NCBI GenBank assembly: GCA_003551565.1
Contig: PUMZ01000323.1
Span: 1-42,470 of the forward strand
Length of the DNA: 42,470 nucleotides
Reading direction: 5' to 3'
From: Candidatus Brocadiaceae bacterium
GTDB taxonomy: Bacteria > Planctomycetota > Brocadiia > SM23-32
Positions within the stretch are counted from its first letter, which is position 1. Each line of letters opens with the position of its first letter. Of the stretch, positions 31,081 through 39,919 are shown one piece after another. Both the position numbers and the translations under genes were made by a program. The notes beneath the pieces are model-generated. The model saw only the letters and a list, made by a program, of their open reading frames with translations. It searched no databases and was not told where the DNA came from.

Positions 31081-31109
31081 ACTATAATTAAATTTCGATG
31101 TTTTGTCAA
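31081..31109 (-). promoter_or_regulatory. Sigma70-type promoter of the rpsB operon
   Basis: Minus strand TTGACA-17 nt-TATAGT, about 110 bp upstream of rpsB. Confidence 0.7.
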
Positions 31110-31354
31110 ATTACCGCCACATCTCCAGGCGCCCGGGCTTTCCGTCGGTCTTCTCTTGCACTTTCCGGGGCTGAAAGCTAATATAGATGTTGCCTCCATT
31201 GTGTCCGGCGGGGCAAGCAGCGGCGATTATGCCCCGCAAACCCAGGCGCCGGTATATAATCACAGAAGCACCCTGTACCCGCCGGGGGTAAGAACAACAG
31301 ACGTAACGGAAAAGGAGGGCCGGATATTTCGTAGTGCGCGATGATAAAGGAATT

Positions 31355-33442
31355 ATGACGGCAAACCATAACATGTCGCCCCTCTTTAAGAAACTCACCT
31401 GCTTAACGGGCGTGGGACCGTCGAAATCCCGGCTCCTGGCACGCCTGGGTCTGCATAACGTCTACGACCTCCTGTTCCACATACCGCGGAACTACGAAGA
31501 CCGGCGGCGCATCACCCCCATCCGGGATATCCGTGAGGGTGAATATGCCGTGGTGTCGGGCCGTGTATCGGACGTCAATTTCAAAAGGATCCGTTCCCGC
31601 CAGCGCATGCTCGAGGTCTTCGTATCGGACTCTACGGGCATGATTCAGCTGACCTGGTTCCATGCGCGGCCCTCCTGGGCGGAGAGTTTCCAAAAGAAAA
31701 ACACGGTTACAGCATACGGTAAAGTGCAGTATTACGGCGGGCCGCAGATGGTGTCGCCGGTCTACACCACTGCCCCCAATCCGGAGCAGTCCGCCGAATT
31801 CGGCTGCATCCTGCCTGTTTATCCTCTGACCGAAGGGTTGTCGCAGAAGTTTTTCCGGCGCATCATGCGTGAGGCCCTGACTGCCGCAGCCGAAGTTGCC
31901 GATGCCGTCCCCCACCCCCTGGCACGGGCGAAAAGTTTCACAAACAAAACAGAGGCAATACGCAACGTGCATTTCCCACCCTCGCTGGCAACCGCCGAAC
32001 ACGCCCTGCGGCGTCTGGCGTATGAGGAATTGCTGGTTTTCCAGGCGGCCCTTGCCCTGCAAAGGAGGACGATCAAGGATGCGAAAGGGTTCAATTTCAA
32101 AACCGGCCGGAACGTTGAGCAACGCATTCGCCGCCTCTTTCCCTTCCGTTTCACCGATGCACAAAACAAGGTTGTCGGTGAGTTGTGCAGGGACCTGCGT
32201 TCGCAACGTCCCATGCACCGCCTGCTCCAGGGGGACGTTGGCTGCGGCAAGACGGTGGTAGCCGTCTATGCACTCCTGTCGGCCCTGGCGGAGAGGAGCA
32301 AGGGGCATCAAACGGCGTTCATGGCGCCGACCGAGGTGCTGGCCGAACAGCACTACCTGACACTCCAGGAACTCCTGGACGGAACGGATGTGCGCATCAT
32401 GCTGCTGAAAGGGAGCGCGAAGCCCGCCGAAAGGCGCGAGAAACTCCAGCGTATCGCCGAGGGCCGTGTCGATCTGGTGGTGGGAACACATGCGCTGATC
32501 CAGAAGGATGTCGCGTTCAATAAGCTGGCGCTGGCGGTGATCGACGAACAGCACCGGTTCGGCGTGCGCCAGAGACTGGAGCTCGCACAGAAGGGGCGAC
32601 GGCCGGATGTGCTGCTGATGACCGCTACGCCGATACCGCGCACCCTGACACTCGCGTGTTTCGGAGATATGGATGTGAGCGTTATCGACCGGATGCCCCC
32701 CGGCAGGCGCGAGGTCAATACCCGACTGCTCGGTGAATCGCACTGGAAAGAGGCATATCAGGAGGCACTGAGCGAATTAAAGACTGGAGGACGTGTTTTT
32801 GTCATCTTCCCGCTGGTCGAGACAAATCACGAACTGGATCTGTCAAGCGCAACCGACGCCTACCGGGTGCTGAGCAACGGCATCTTCAAAGATTATCCAT
32901 GCTGCCTGATGCACGGACGGATGAGCGCGGAGACCAAACGGGAGACCATGCGGGGATTCCGCAACGGCGATTACCGGGTTATGGTGGCCACCACCGTGGT
33001 GGAAGTCGGTATCGATGTGGCGGAGGCCACCGTCATGATTGTACAGCACGCCGAACGACTGGGGCTCTCGCAGCTCCATCAGCTCAGGGGGCGCATAGGA
33101 CGTGGCGGACGCCCGGGATTCTGTTTCCTGCTCGCTTCCGACCCGACCGAGGATGCACGCCGGCGCCTTGAGGTGCTCTGCAATACCAACGACGGGTTCA
33201 AAATCGCCGAGGCCGACCTGAAACTGCGCGGCCCCGGCGAGCTGTTCGGTACGCAGCAAAGCGGCATGCCCGAACTGCGATGTTATGATTTCTCCGACCT
33301 TCCTCTCCTGGAAGAAGTGCGGAACGATGCATTTGAATTGATAGAAAACGATCCCGGACTCGACCGGCAGGACAATCAGCTCCTTAAAAAAGCGATCCGG
33401 CAGGGTTACGCGGGGCGCTTTGCTCTGGGCGGGATGGGATGA
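31355..33442 (+). CDS. recG: ATP-dependent DNA helicase RecG
   Basis: OB wedge domain, LLQGDVGCGKT, DEQHRFG, TATPIPRTL, QLRGRIGRG and RGPGELFGTQQSG. Confidence 0.97.
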   Translation: MTANHNMSPLFKKLTCLTGVGPSKSRLLARLGLHNVYDLLFHIPRNYEDRRRITPIRDIREGEYAVVSGRVSDVNFKRIRSRQRMLEVFVSDSTGMIQLTWFHARPSWAESFQKKNTVTAYGKVQYYGGPQMVSPVYTTAPNPEQSAEFGCILPVYPLTEGLSQKFFRRIMREALTAAAEVADAVPHPLARAKSFTNKTEAIRNVHFPPSLATAEHALRRLAYEELLVFQAALALQRRTIKDAKGFNFKTGRNVEQRIRRLFPFRFTDAQNKVVGELCRDLRSQRPMHRLLQGDVGCGKTVVAVYALLSALAERSKGHQTAFMAPTEVLAEQHYLTLQELLDGTDVRIMLLKGSAKPAERREKLQRIAEGRVDLVVGTHALIQKDVAFNKLALAVIDEQHRFGVRQRLELAQKGRRPDVLLMTATPIPRTLTLACFGDMDVSVIDRMPPGRREVNTRLLGESHWKEAYQEALSELKTGGRVFVIFPLVETNHELDLSSATDAYRVLSNGIFKDYPCCLMHGRMSAETKRETMRGFRNGDYRVMVATTVVEVGIDVAEATVMIVQHAERLGLSQLHQLRGRIGRGGRPGFCFLLASDPTEDARRRLEVLCNTNDGFKIAEADLKLRGPGELFGTQQSGMPELRCYDFSDLPLLEEVRNDAFELIENDPGLDRQDNQLLKKAIRQGYAGRFALGGMG

Positions 33443-33582
33443 TAGACTGGTTCCTCCGCCATTTCAGCGCATGCCCGTACCCGCGATGAAAAACATTGCA
33501 CAGGATTTTGGCGAGTGGAACGTTTATTATGGTAGTCAACGTGTTGTTCGCACATCTTTGTTTTTGTTACGGGAGGTGGAAA

Positions 33583-34185
33583 ATGTCAGCATTACGTCAG
33601 TTGTCAGGAGTGTTTGTCTGTGCGTTGATCGGGATAGCTCTTGCAGCCGGAAACATGACATGGGCCGGTGAAAACGGCGAAGAAGGGCCCGAGGTCCGGG
33701 ACGCCGTTGAGGCGGAGGAAGAGGATGTCCGCGCTCGCCTCGACCAGAGGCGGCGGGAAGCCCTGGAAAGGCTCCAGCGCGGTGAACGGCAGCGCACACC
33801 CGGCCTTGCCGCACTGCTTGCCTCCGAAGCGGTCGATGTTGCGGTCTCCGAGGAGGATGAGGACGGCAGTGTGACGCTTACCCTGTCTTCTGAGGATGAG
33901 GAGCTTCTCCAGCAGGTACGCCGCTCTGTGGAGCAATTGCTTGCGCAGCGGGAGCAAAGAGAGGCAAGACAGGAAGAAGCAAGACGCCAGGATGATGCGC
34001 GCGATGCCGTCAGGGAACGCCTGCGCGATCGCGGCGATATGGATGATGCCGAAAGGGAAGAACTGCGGCAAGAGCGCCGCCGGCGCCTCGAGGAACGGCT
34101 GGAAGGGATGGACGAGGAAACGCGGCAGCGTTTCGAAGAGCGGATGGAACGGATGCGCGAGCGCCGCGGAGGGCGAGGTGAATAG
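33583..34185 (+). CDS. Exported R/E-rich helical hypothetical protein
   Basis: GGAGGT RBS before ATG 33583; signal peptide; highly charged helical composition. Confidence 0.75.
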   Translation: MSALRQLSGVFVCALIGIALAAGNMTWAGENGEEGPEVRDAVEAEEEDVRARLDQRRREALERLQRGERQRTPGLAALLASEAVDVAVSEEDEDGSVTLTLSSEDEELLQQVRRSVEQLLAQREQREARQEEARRQDDARDAVRERLRDRGDMDDAEREELRQERRRRLEERLEGMDEETRQRFEERMERMRERRGGRGE

Positions 34186-34227
34186 CAGAATTAGCACCTG
34201 CGCTTAACTTTGCTGTTCTTTGCCGTC

Positions 34228-34256
34228 TTGACACGCGATCTGTTTCAGGCGATAAT
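34228..34256 (+). promoter_or_regulatory. Sigma70-type promoter
   Basis: TTGACA-17 nt-GATAAT upstream of the GspC-like gene. Confidence 0.65.
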
Positions 34257-34401
34257 ACACTGATGGTGTTGCCTCTGGCAACAGGTGACAGGCCGCGGTG
34301 GGCCGGGCAGGATGCAGGGGGTGAATATACAGGAGTCTTGCTCTGCAGAAGTCCCGGCCCGGCGGCAAGGTGTTTCTCTGGATACTTGCAGGTCAAATAT
34401 T

Positions 34402-35205
34402 ATGAGAATAACAACCCGGAAGACCTGGGGGCAAGTGTTGCTTGTGGTGAATATGTCGCTTCTGGCGGGATTGCTGTTTCTTCTCCTGAGGCCGTTTCCC
34501 GCACCGCATGATGCCGGGGCCGGCGAACCCTCTTCTCAGAGCGCCGTTGGGCATCAGGAATCTTCCGACACAGCCTTTTCGCATGGCTATGCTCCGGTGC
34601 CCACGGTGGAAGACTATGAGGCCCTTGCAGCAAGCGATCTTTTCGGGATCGGCCGTTCCGATACCCAATCCGCGGAGGTCGATGAGGTCGAACGGGCCGA
34701 AGAGGAATATACGCCGCCCCCCTTGCAACTGTTGGCCACCGTGGCGGGGCGCGGTCCGATTGCCCGGGCGGTCGTACTGAACCCGGACGGTGGGGGCGAG
34801 CAACGTCTGAAGGTCGGCGATACGATAGCCGGAGCGACCGTTCAGCGGATCGGTCCCAGGAGCATTACTCTCGCACGGGACGATCAGCTGTATGAGATCG
34901 GTATGGATTTTACAGGGGAGACCGGCGCTTCCGGCAGGGGGAGGCCCGAAGAAAGCGCAAGAGCGGTTACGGTGGAAACCCTTATTATCGGCAGGGGGGG
35001 GGAAGTTACACATTCTTCAACAGCCGAGGCGTCGGAAGCACCGGCGCGGGCAGCCCGGGGCCGGTGGGCGGAGATGGACGCAGACGAGCGCCGGGAGGCC
35101 ATGCGCCGAAGGTATGAAAGGGCGCTGGAGAATGCAGACCCGGAAACCCGGCGGCGGATCGAGGAAAGGATACAGCGCGCCGGGGAACGGATGCAGGAGC
35201 GGTGA
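34402..35205 (+). CDS. GspC/PilP-like protein (single TM, HR beta domain, R/E-rich tail)
   Basis: N-terminal TM helix; LQLLATV...AVV...LKVGDTIAGATVQRIGPRSITL resembles the T2SS GspC homology region. Confidence 0.65.
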   Translation: MRITTRKTWGQVLLVVNMSLLAGLLFLLLRPFPAPHDAGAGEPSSQSAVGHQESSDTAFSHGYAPVPTVEDYEALAASDLFGIGRSDTQSAEVDEVERAEEEYTPPPLQLLATVAGRGPIARAVVLNPDGGGEQRLKVGDTIAGATVQRIGPRSITLARDDQLYEIGMDFTGETGASGRGRPEESARAVTVETLIIGRGGEVTHSSTAEASEAPARAARGRWAEMDADERREAMRRRYERALENADPETRRRIEERIQRAGERMQER

Positions 35206-35236
35206 ACGGGCGCGCCGGGGGTACTTCGCCCGCAGT

Positions 35237-36982
35237 TCACATCCTTTCAGGAGCCTTCATTCCGAGCAGGCGCAGTCCGTCGGCGATGACGTTTCTTACC
35301 GCATCAACAAGGAACAGGCGGGCGTTCCGGGTTTCTTCGTCATCGCACAGGACGCGTTTCTCCGGCTCTTTCATCCCGAGGCTGTAATAGGAGCTGAACA
35401 GTTTGCAGAGTTCCAGCAGGTAATTGGCGATTATCGACGGCTCCCTTTTATCCGCCGCCTGGTCGATGCGCAACGAGAAATCTTCCAGAGTCCGTACCAG
35501 CTTCCATTCCTCGGGCAGCCGGAGCAGCGAGCAATCCGCCTGCTCCGTCACCCCGGCGCCTGATTTGCGCAGTATGCTGCACAGCCTGGCATGTGCGTAT
35601 TGGACGTATGGCCCCGTGTCGCCCTGGAAGTCCAGCATTCTGTCCCAGTCGAATACGACGTCTTTGGTTCGCCTCACCGCCAGGTCGCTGAACATCACCG
35701 CACCGGTTCCGATCATGTCTGCGAGCTCCTCGAGGTCGGTCTGGGGCGGGAGCTTGCCGGCGTTTTCTTTGATCTTCTCTTTTGCCTTTTCGATACCGTT
35801 TTTGAGCACATCTTCCAGCAGCACCACCTCGCCGGTTCGCGTGCTGCCGACATTGGCCTTGCCGGTCTTCGGGTCCGGAAACTTCAGCAGTCCGAAATCG
35901 ATATGCTCGATCCTTCCGGCCCAGTCGTAACCCATTCTGGAAAGGACGGCCCGGAGCTGCTGGAAATGCAGTTTTTGTTCCCCCCCGACCACATAGAGGC
36001 AATGTTCGAACCGGTAATTGGTCCACCGGTACTCGGCGGCGCAGAGGTCCCTGGTCGAATAGAGCGTTGTGCCGTCCTTTTTCTGGAGCATCAGCGGCGG
36101 CAGATCGTCCGTGTCGAGCCGGGCGATTATCGCATCTTCGCTATCGGTGGCGATCCCTTTGGTCCTGAGCCGTTCCAGCAGGTCCCCGGCCATGGTCAGA
36201 TAGAAACTTTCGGGCATGTAAGCATCGAACTCGATGCCGAGCATCGCATAGATCCGTTCGAATTCGGCCACACTTATTTTTTTAAACTGTTTCCACAACA
36301 CAGTAGCATGCGGATCGCCGTTTTCGAGGCGCTTGAAGGCGTTCCTGGCCAGGTCCGCCAGTTCGGGCTTCTCTTCGGCCTCCCGGCTGAAGCGGACGTA
36401 GAGTTCCTGCATGTCGGAAACCGAAGCGTCCTGGGCGGAGATATCACCGTAGCGTTCGAAGGCGGCGATCAGCTTGCCGAAACTGGTGCCCCAGTCTCCC
36501 AGGTGGTTGATTCCGATGCACCGGTAGCCGCAGGCCTCAAAGATTCTGTAGAGGGATCGGCCTATGATGGCGGAGCGGAGGTGATGCACTCCGAGATGTT
36601 TGGCGATATTCGGGCTGGAGTAGTCGATGATGACGGTCTTCCCTTTGCCCGATTTGGAACGGCTCCGAACGAAACCTTCCTGGCAGATATTGCTCAATAT
36701 TTCACGATAAAGGGCCGCCCGGTCGAGAAAAAAGTTCACATAAGGCCCCGCCGGCTCGACGGTTTTGACGTCCTTCGGCGGTGAAATTTCGCGGGAAAGC
36801 GCGGTTGCAATCGCCGCAGGCGATTTTTTCATGTCTTTTGCAAAGGGAAAACACGGCAGGGCGTAATCGCCCATCCCGGGCTCCGGAGGCGCCTTGAGCA
36901 TCGCTTCGATCGGGCCGTTCTCAATGGGCAGGTGCCGGCTCAGGCAGTCAGCAATCTCTTTCTTGATTGAATTCATGGGCAT
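35237..36982 (-). CDS. argS: Arginine--tRNA ligase
   Basis: IDYSSPNIAK, NHLGDWG, YVVGGEQ.LHF, FQGDTGPYVQYAHAR and C-terminal APERM. Confidence 0.96.
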   Translation of the reverse strand: MPMNSIKKEIADCLSRHLPIENGPIEAMLKAPPEPGMGDYALPCFPFAKDMKKSPAAIATALSREISPPKDVKTVEPAGPYVNFFLDRAALYREILSNICQEGFVRSRSKSGKGKTVIIDYSSPNIAKHLGVHHLRSAIIGRSLYRIFEACGYRCIGINHLGDWGTSFGKLIAAFERYGDISAQDASVSDMQELYVRFSREAEEKPELADLARNAFKRLENGDPHATVLWKQFKKISVAEFERIYAMLGIEFDAYMPESFYLTMAGDLLERLRTKGIATDSEDAIIARLDTDDLPPLMLQKKDGTTLYSTRDLCAAEYRWTNYRFEHCLYVVGGEQKLHFQQLRAVLSRMGYDWAGRIEHIDFGLLKFPDPKTGKANVGSTRTGEVVLLEDVLKNGIEKAKEKIKENAGKLPPQTDLEELADMIGTGAVMFSDLAVRRTKDVVFDWDRMLDFQGDTGPYVQYAHARLCSILRKSGAGVTEQADCSLLRLPEEWKLVRTLEDFSLRIDQAADKREPSIIANYLLELCKLFSSYYSLGMKEPEKRVLCDDEETRNARLFLVDAVRNVIADGLRLLGMKAPERM

Positions 36983-37027
36983 GCAGACAAAAAAGGGAAA
37001 AACGTTCTACCGGCGGGACGACGGCGC

Positions 37028-38110
37028 TCAGGAAAACAGCTCGCTCTGAATGCCGAACAGGAAGTTGGGTTGCTCGAAAATCTGGGTCACGGATTTGCCG
37101 GTGTGTATGTTGCGGATGGCGGCTGCGAGCAACGGCGCTGTGCTGACGACCTTGACGAAATCGTCGTTCTGTTTCAGGGGCGGCAGCGTATCGGTGGTGA
37201 TCACCTGCTCAACACCGGTGTCCCTGATGCGTTCGATCGCCCCGCCGGCAAAAACACCATGGACGCATGAAACGTAAGATACAGCCAGATTAAAGCGGTT
37301 TTTCAACGCCTCGATCGCGCTCGTCATTGTGCCCCCGGTCAATATCTCATCGTCGAAGATCGCCACCCGCTTTCCTTTGATCTCTTCAATTCCGATGACA
37401 TTTCTTATCTCCGGGTCCTCTTTATCTTTCCAGCGCCTTTTATCACAGACAGCGAGCGGACACCGGAGCATCTCGGCATACTTTGTGGCCCACTTAACAC
37501 CTCCGGCATCGGTCGCAAGCACCGCGAGCCGCTCGCTATCGCTGTTTTTCCGGAAATGACTGGCGATCAGGGGATTTGCATCCAGCTGATCGCAAGGAGT
37601 CGGGACAAATCCCTGGATCTGCAGCGCATGCAGATTCACCGTCAACACGCGGTCCGCCCCGGCATCTTTCAGCAGTTGTCCCATCAGCCGCGCGGTGATG
37701 GAAATGCGCGGTTCATCCTTTTTGTCGCTGCGGGCATAGGGGTAATAAGGGGTGACCACCGTTATCCGGCCCGCCGAGGCGCCCCGCAGGGCGTCGACCG
37801 TGATGAGAAGTTCCATGATATTTTCCGAAAGGCTCAGCTCGCAAACGTCTTCAGGATCGACTTTCGCGGGATTGACGCCCGTGGGCGCATGCCATGATGA
37901 GGCGGCGGTCTGGACCAGAAAAACATCGGCGCCACGGACGCTTTCAGTGATTTTGACTTTCAGGTTTTCGTTGGCGAACTTGATGACTTCGGGTTCAAAA
38001 AGACTCAGCCCCTGCATCCCGGGGAACTGCTTTAAGACGTTCAGTATTCTGCTGCCAAGGTAATAGCTTGTCCGCCCGGTAAAGAGCATCAAACGATCGT
38101 ATGTTTCCAT
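37028..38110 (-). CDS. prs: Ribose-phosphate pyrophosphokinase
   Basis: SVRGADVF, PYYPYARSDKK, LHALQIQGF and DDEILTGGT; start at ATG 38110 with GAGGTG RBS. Confidence 0.95.
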   Translation of the reverse strand: METYDRLMLFTGRTSYYLGSRILNVLKQFPGMQGLSLFEPEVIKFANENLKVKITESVRGADVFLVQTAASSWHAPTGVNPAKVDPEDVCELSLSENIMELLITVDALRGASAGRITVVTPYYPYARSDKKDEPRISITARLMGQLLKDAGADRVLTVNLHALQIQGFVPTPCDQLDANPLIASHFRKNSDSERLAVLATDAGGVKWATKYAEMLRCPLAVCDKRRWKDKEDPEIRNVIGIEEIKGKRVAIFDDEILTGGTMTSAIEALKNRFNLAVSYVSCVHGVFAGGAIERIRDTGVEQVITTDTLPPLKQNDDFVKVVSTAPLLAAAIRNIHTGKSVTQIFEQPNFLFGIQSELFS

Positions 38111-38350
38111 GGCGCCACCTCGGTGGAATGTTCGGTAAAAAAAATAAAAAAAACGCAACCGGAAGACATCAAGATTATATCGGAAAAGATTTATTTTTCC
38201 AATGAAATGACTGCCGGCGCTTTGAAGCCGGCAGGTGCTGGCGCTCTTTAGCCCGCTTAATATCACGCGTTCTTTCAGGTATAGTACTGGTGAAATGGCA
38301 GGAAAAACTATAAAGTATAAAAAATACTATGCGCCTGCGCGGGGTGCGCT

Positions 38351-38660
38351 GGCCCGAAGGGCCGATTTCAACAATAGGCCCGGGCTCCCTCTGGTCGCCC
38401 GGGGAAACGGAGAACACGCAATTCAACCAGCCCCGCAAGGGGCGAAACAAAATCCGGATGCGAAGGTTTGTCGCCGCCCCTGCCGGGGCTCACCCCAAAA
38501 GAGGCCCGCAGGGTCTGCCTGCAGCAGGCAGATCAACCGCCGTTATGTCCGGCGCCGGTACACACTGCAGAACCTGAAACCCTGAAGAAAGCGACTTATC
38601 ATACTGTTGTTGCATCGTTTATTTTAACTACCGTCTTTGGTTTATGAAATACGCGGATTA
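38351..38660 (+). mobile_element. Repeat element E5: REPIN-like array (R) + C + B end
   Basis: 38351-38508 matches 11972-12289; 38514-38650 matches 7801-7935; ends TGAAATACGCGGATTA. Confidence 0.85.
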
Positions 38661-38786
38661 GCGTTGATACGGGTGTTGTCGGCGACCTCTTCCATTTGTC
38701 AACATGGATGTTTATTGTTAACCTTATGGTAAAGTTTGCGGAGATGATTTGCAAATTTTCTCATTCTTTTCTCTGGAGGAGAACAA

Positions 38787-39671
38787 GTGAACGGATGCGA
38801 AGATCACAACCTGCCCTGCCTCGCAGTATCCGCTGAAACGATTCCCCAGGCCTGGGAGGAGGCGGTTCTGGCCGTATATCGACGTGGCGCGTCCGTAAGG
38901 ACCGAATACGATTCTGAGGGCGATCCGCCGAGCCTCGACGCCACGGTGATGGTGGAGGTCCGGCGGCCGCTGGGGGAACCCAGGATCCACAAGAACTTTC
39001 CGGGCGGACCGGTCGAGCTTGAAACCTACCGCCGGGAGGTGCTCGACGGCATCCACGACCACTGGATCAATCCGGATGAGGGGAAGTGGACATATACATA
39101 TCATCAGCGGCTTTTTGCTTACAAACCGCTCGAAAACGCTTCCGGCCACAAGGCGCGGGACGGCTTTCGGCCCGTTGATCAGATAGAACAAATGATCGAT
39201 AAACTGGCGCAGACCGCTTATTCCCGCCGGGCGCAAGCCATCACCTGGATACCGCACATGGATCCCTCCACCGACGATCCGCCCTGCCTCCAGCGCATCT
39301 GGGCGAGGCTCCTGCAGGGGGCGGGGGACGAACTTGTGCTGAACCTGAACACTCACTGGCGCTCACGCGACCTCATTAAAGCATGGTTTATGAATGTGTT
39401 CGCCCTGACCGATCTGCAGCGATGGATGGCCGCGAAGATCGGAGAAAAAATTGCAAGCCCCGTATCGTGCGGACGCTACGTTGATATCTCGGATTCGTTG
39501 CATATCTACGGCAGTTACCGCTCGAAAGCCCTCGAAGAGGAGGTCGAGAAGATGGAAACCTCGCCCTGCACGGATCGGGCCTGGGACAGTTCAAAGCTCC
39601 AGCCCATTTTTGAAGAAGCCTATGACAACCTTGAAAATGACCCCGATTTCTACTCGAAAGGCAGCCGCTGA
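38787..39671 (+). CDS. thyA: Thymidylate synthase family protein, archaeal/methanogen-like type
   Basis: GTG start with GGAGGA RBS; SRRA, DPPCLQ (catalytic Cys), RSRD, AWFMN and SLHIY. Confidence 0.8.
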   Translation: MNGCEDHNLPCLAVSAETIPQAWEEAVLAVYRRGASVRTEYDSEGDPPSLDATVMVEVRRPLGEPRIHKNFPGGPVELETYRREVLDGIHDHWINPDEGKWTYTYHQRLFAYKPLENASGHKARDGFRPVDQIEQMIDKLAQTAYSRRAQAITWIPHMDPSTDDPPCLQRIWARLLQGAGDELVLNLNTHWRSRDLIKAWFMNVFALTDLQRWMAAKIGEKIASPVSCGRYVDISDSLHIYGSYRSKALEEEVEKMETSPCTDRAWDSSKLQPIFEEAYDNLENDPDFYSKGSR

Positions 39672-39919
39672 CCCCCGTTTCCACGGCCCGGGCCGAACGC
39701 GGGCCCGGAAACAAAAAATGCATTGCAATTCTGTTGATTGCATGCTCAGGATGGTGTAAGATAAAGATTATGGACAGGGGAGAATGGGATGCGGGAGTTG
39801 CGGTCGTGCGGGTGCGATCTTTCAGCAAACCGAAAAAACTTTTCTTATTCTTCCCGCCCTGGGACTTGCGAAATTGTTGCTGCCTTGTTACTTGTTTCCT
39901 TAGATTCCGGAGAACGGAA

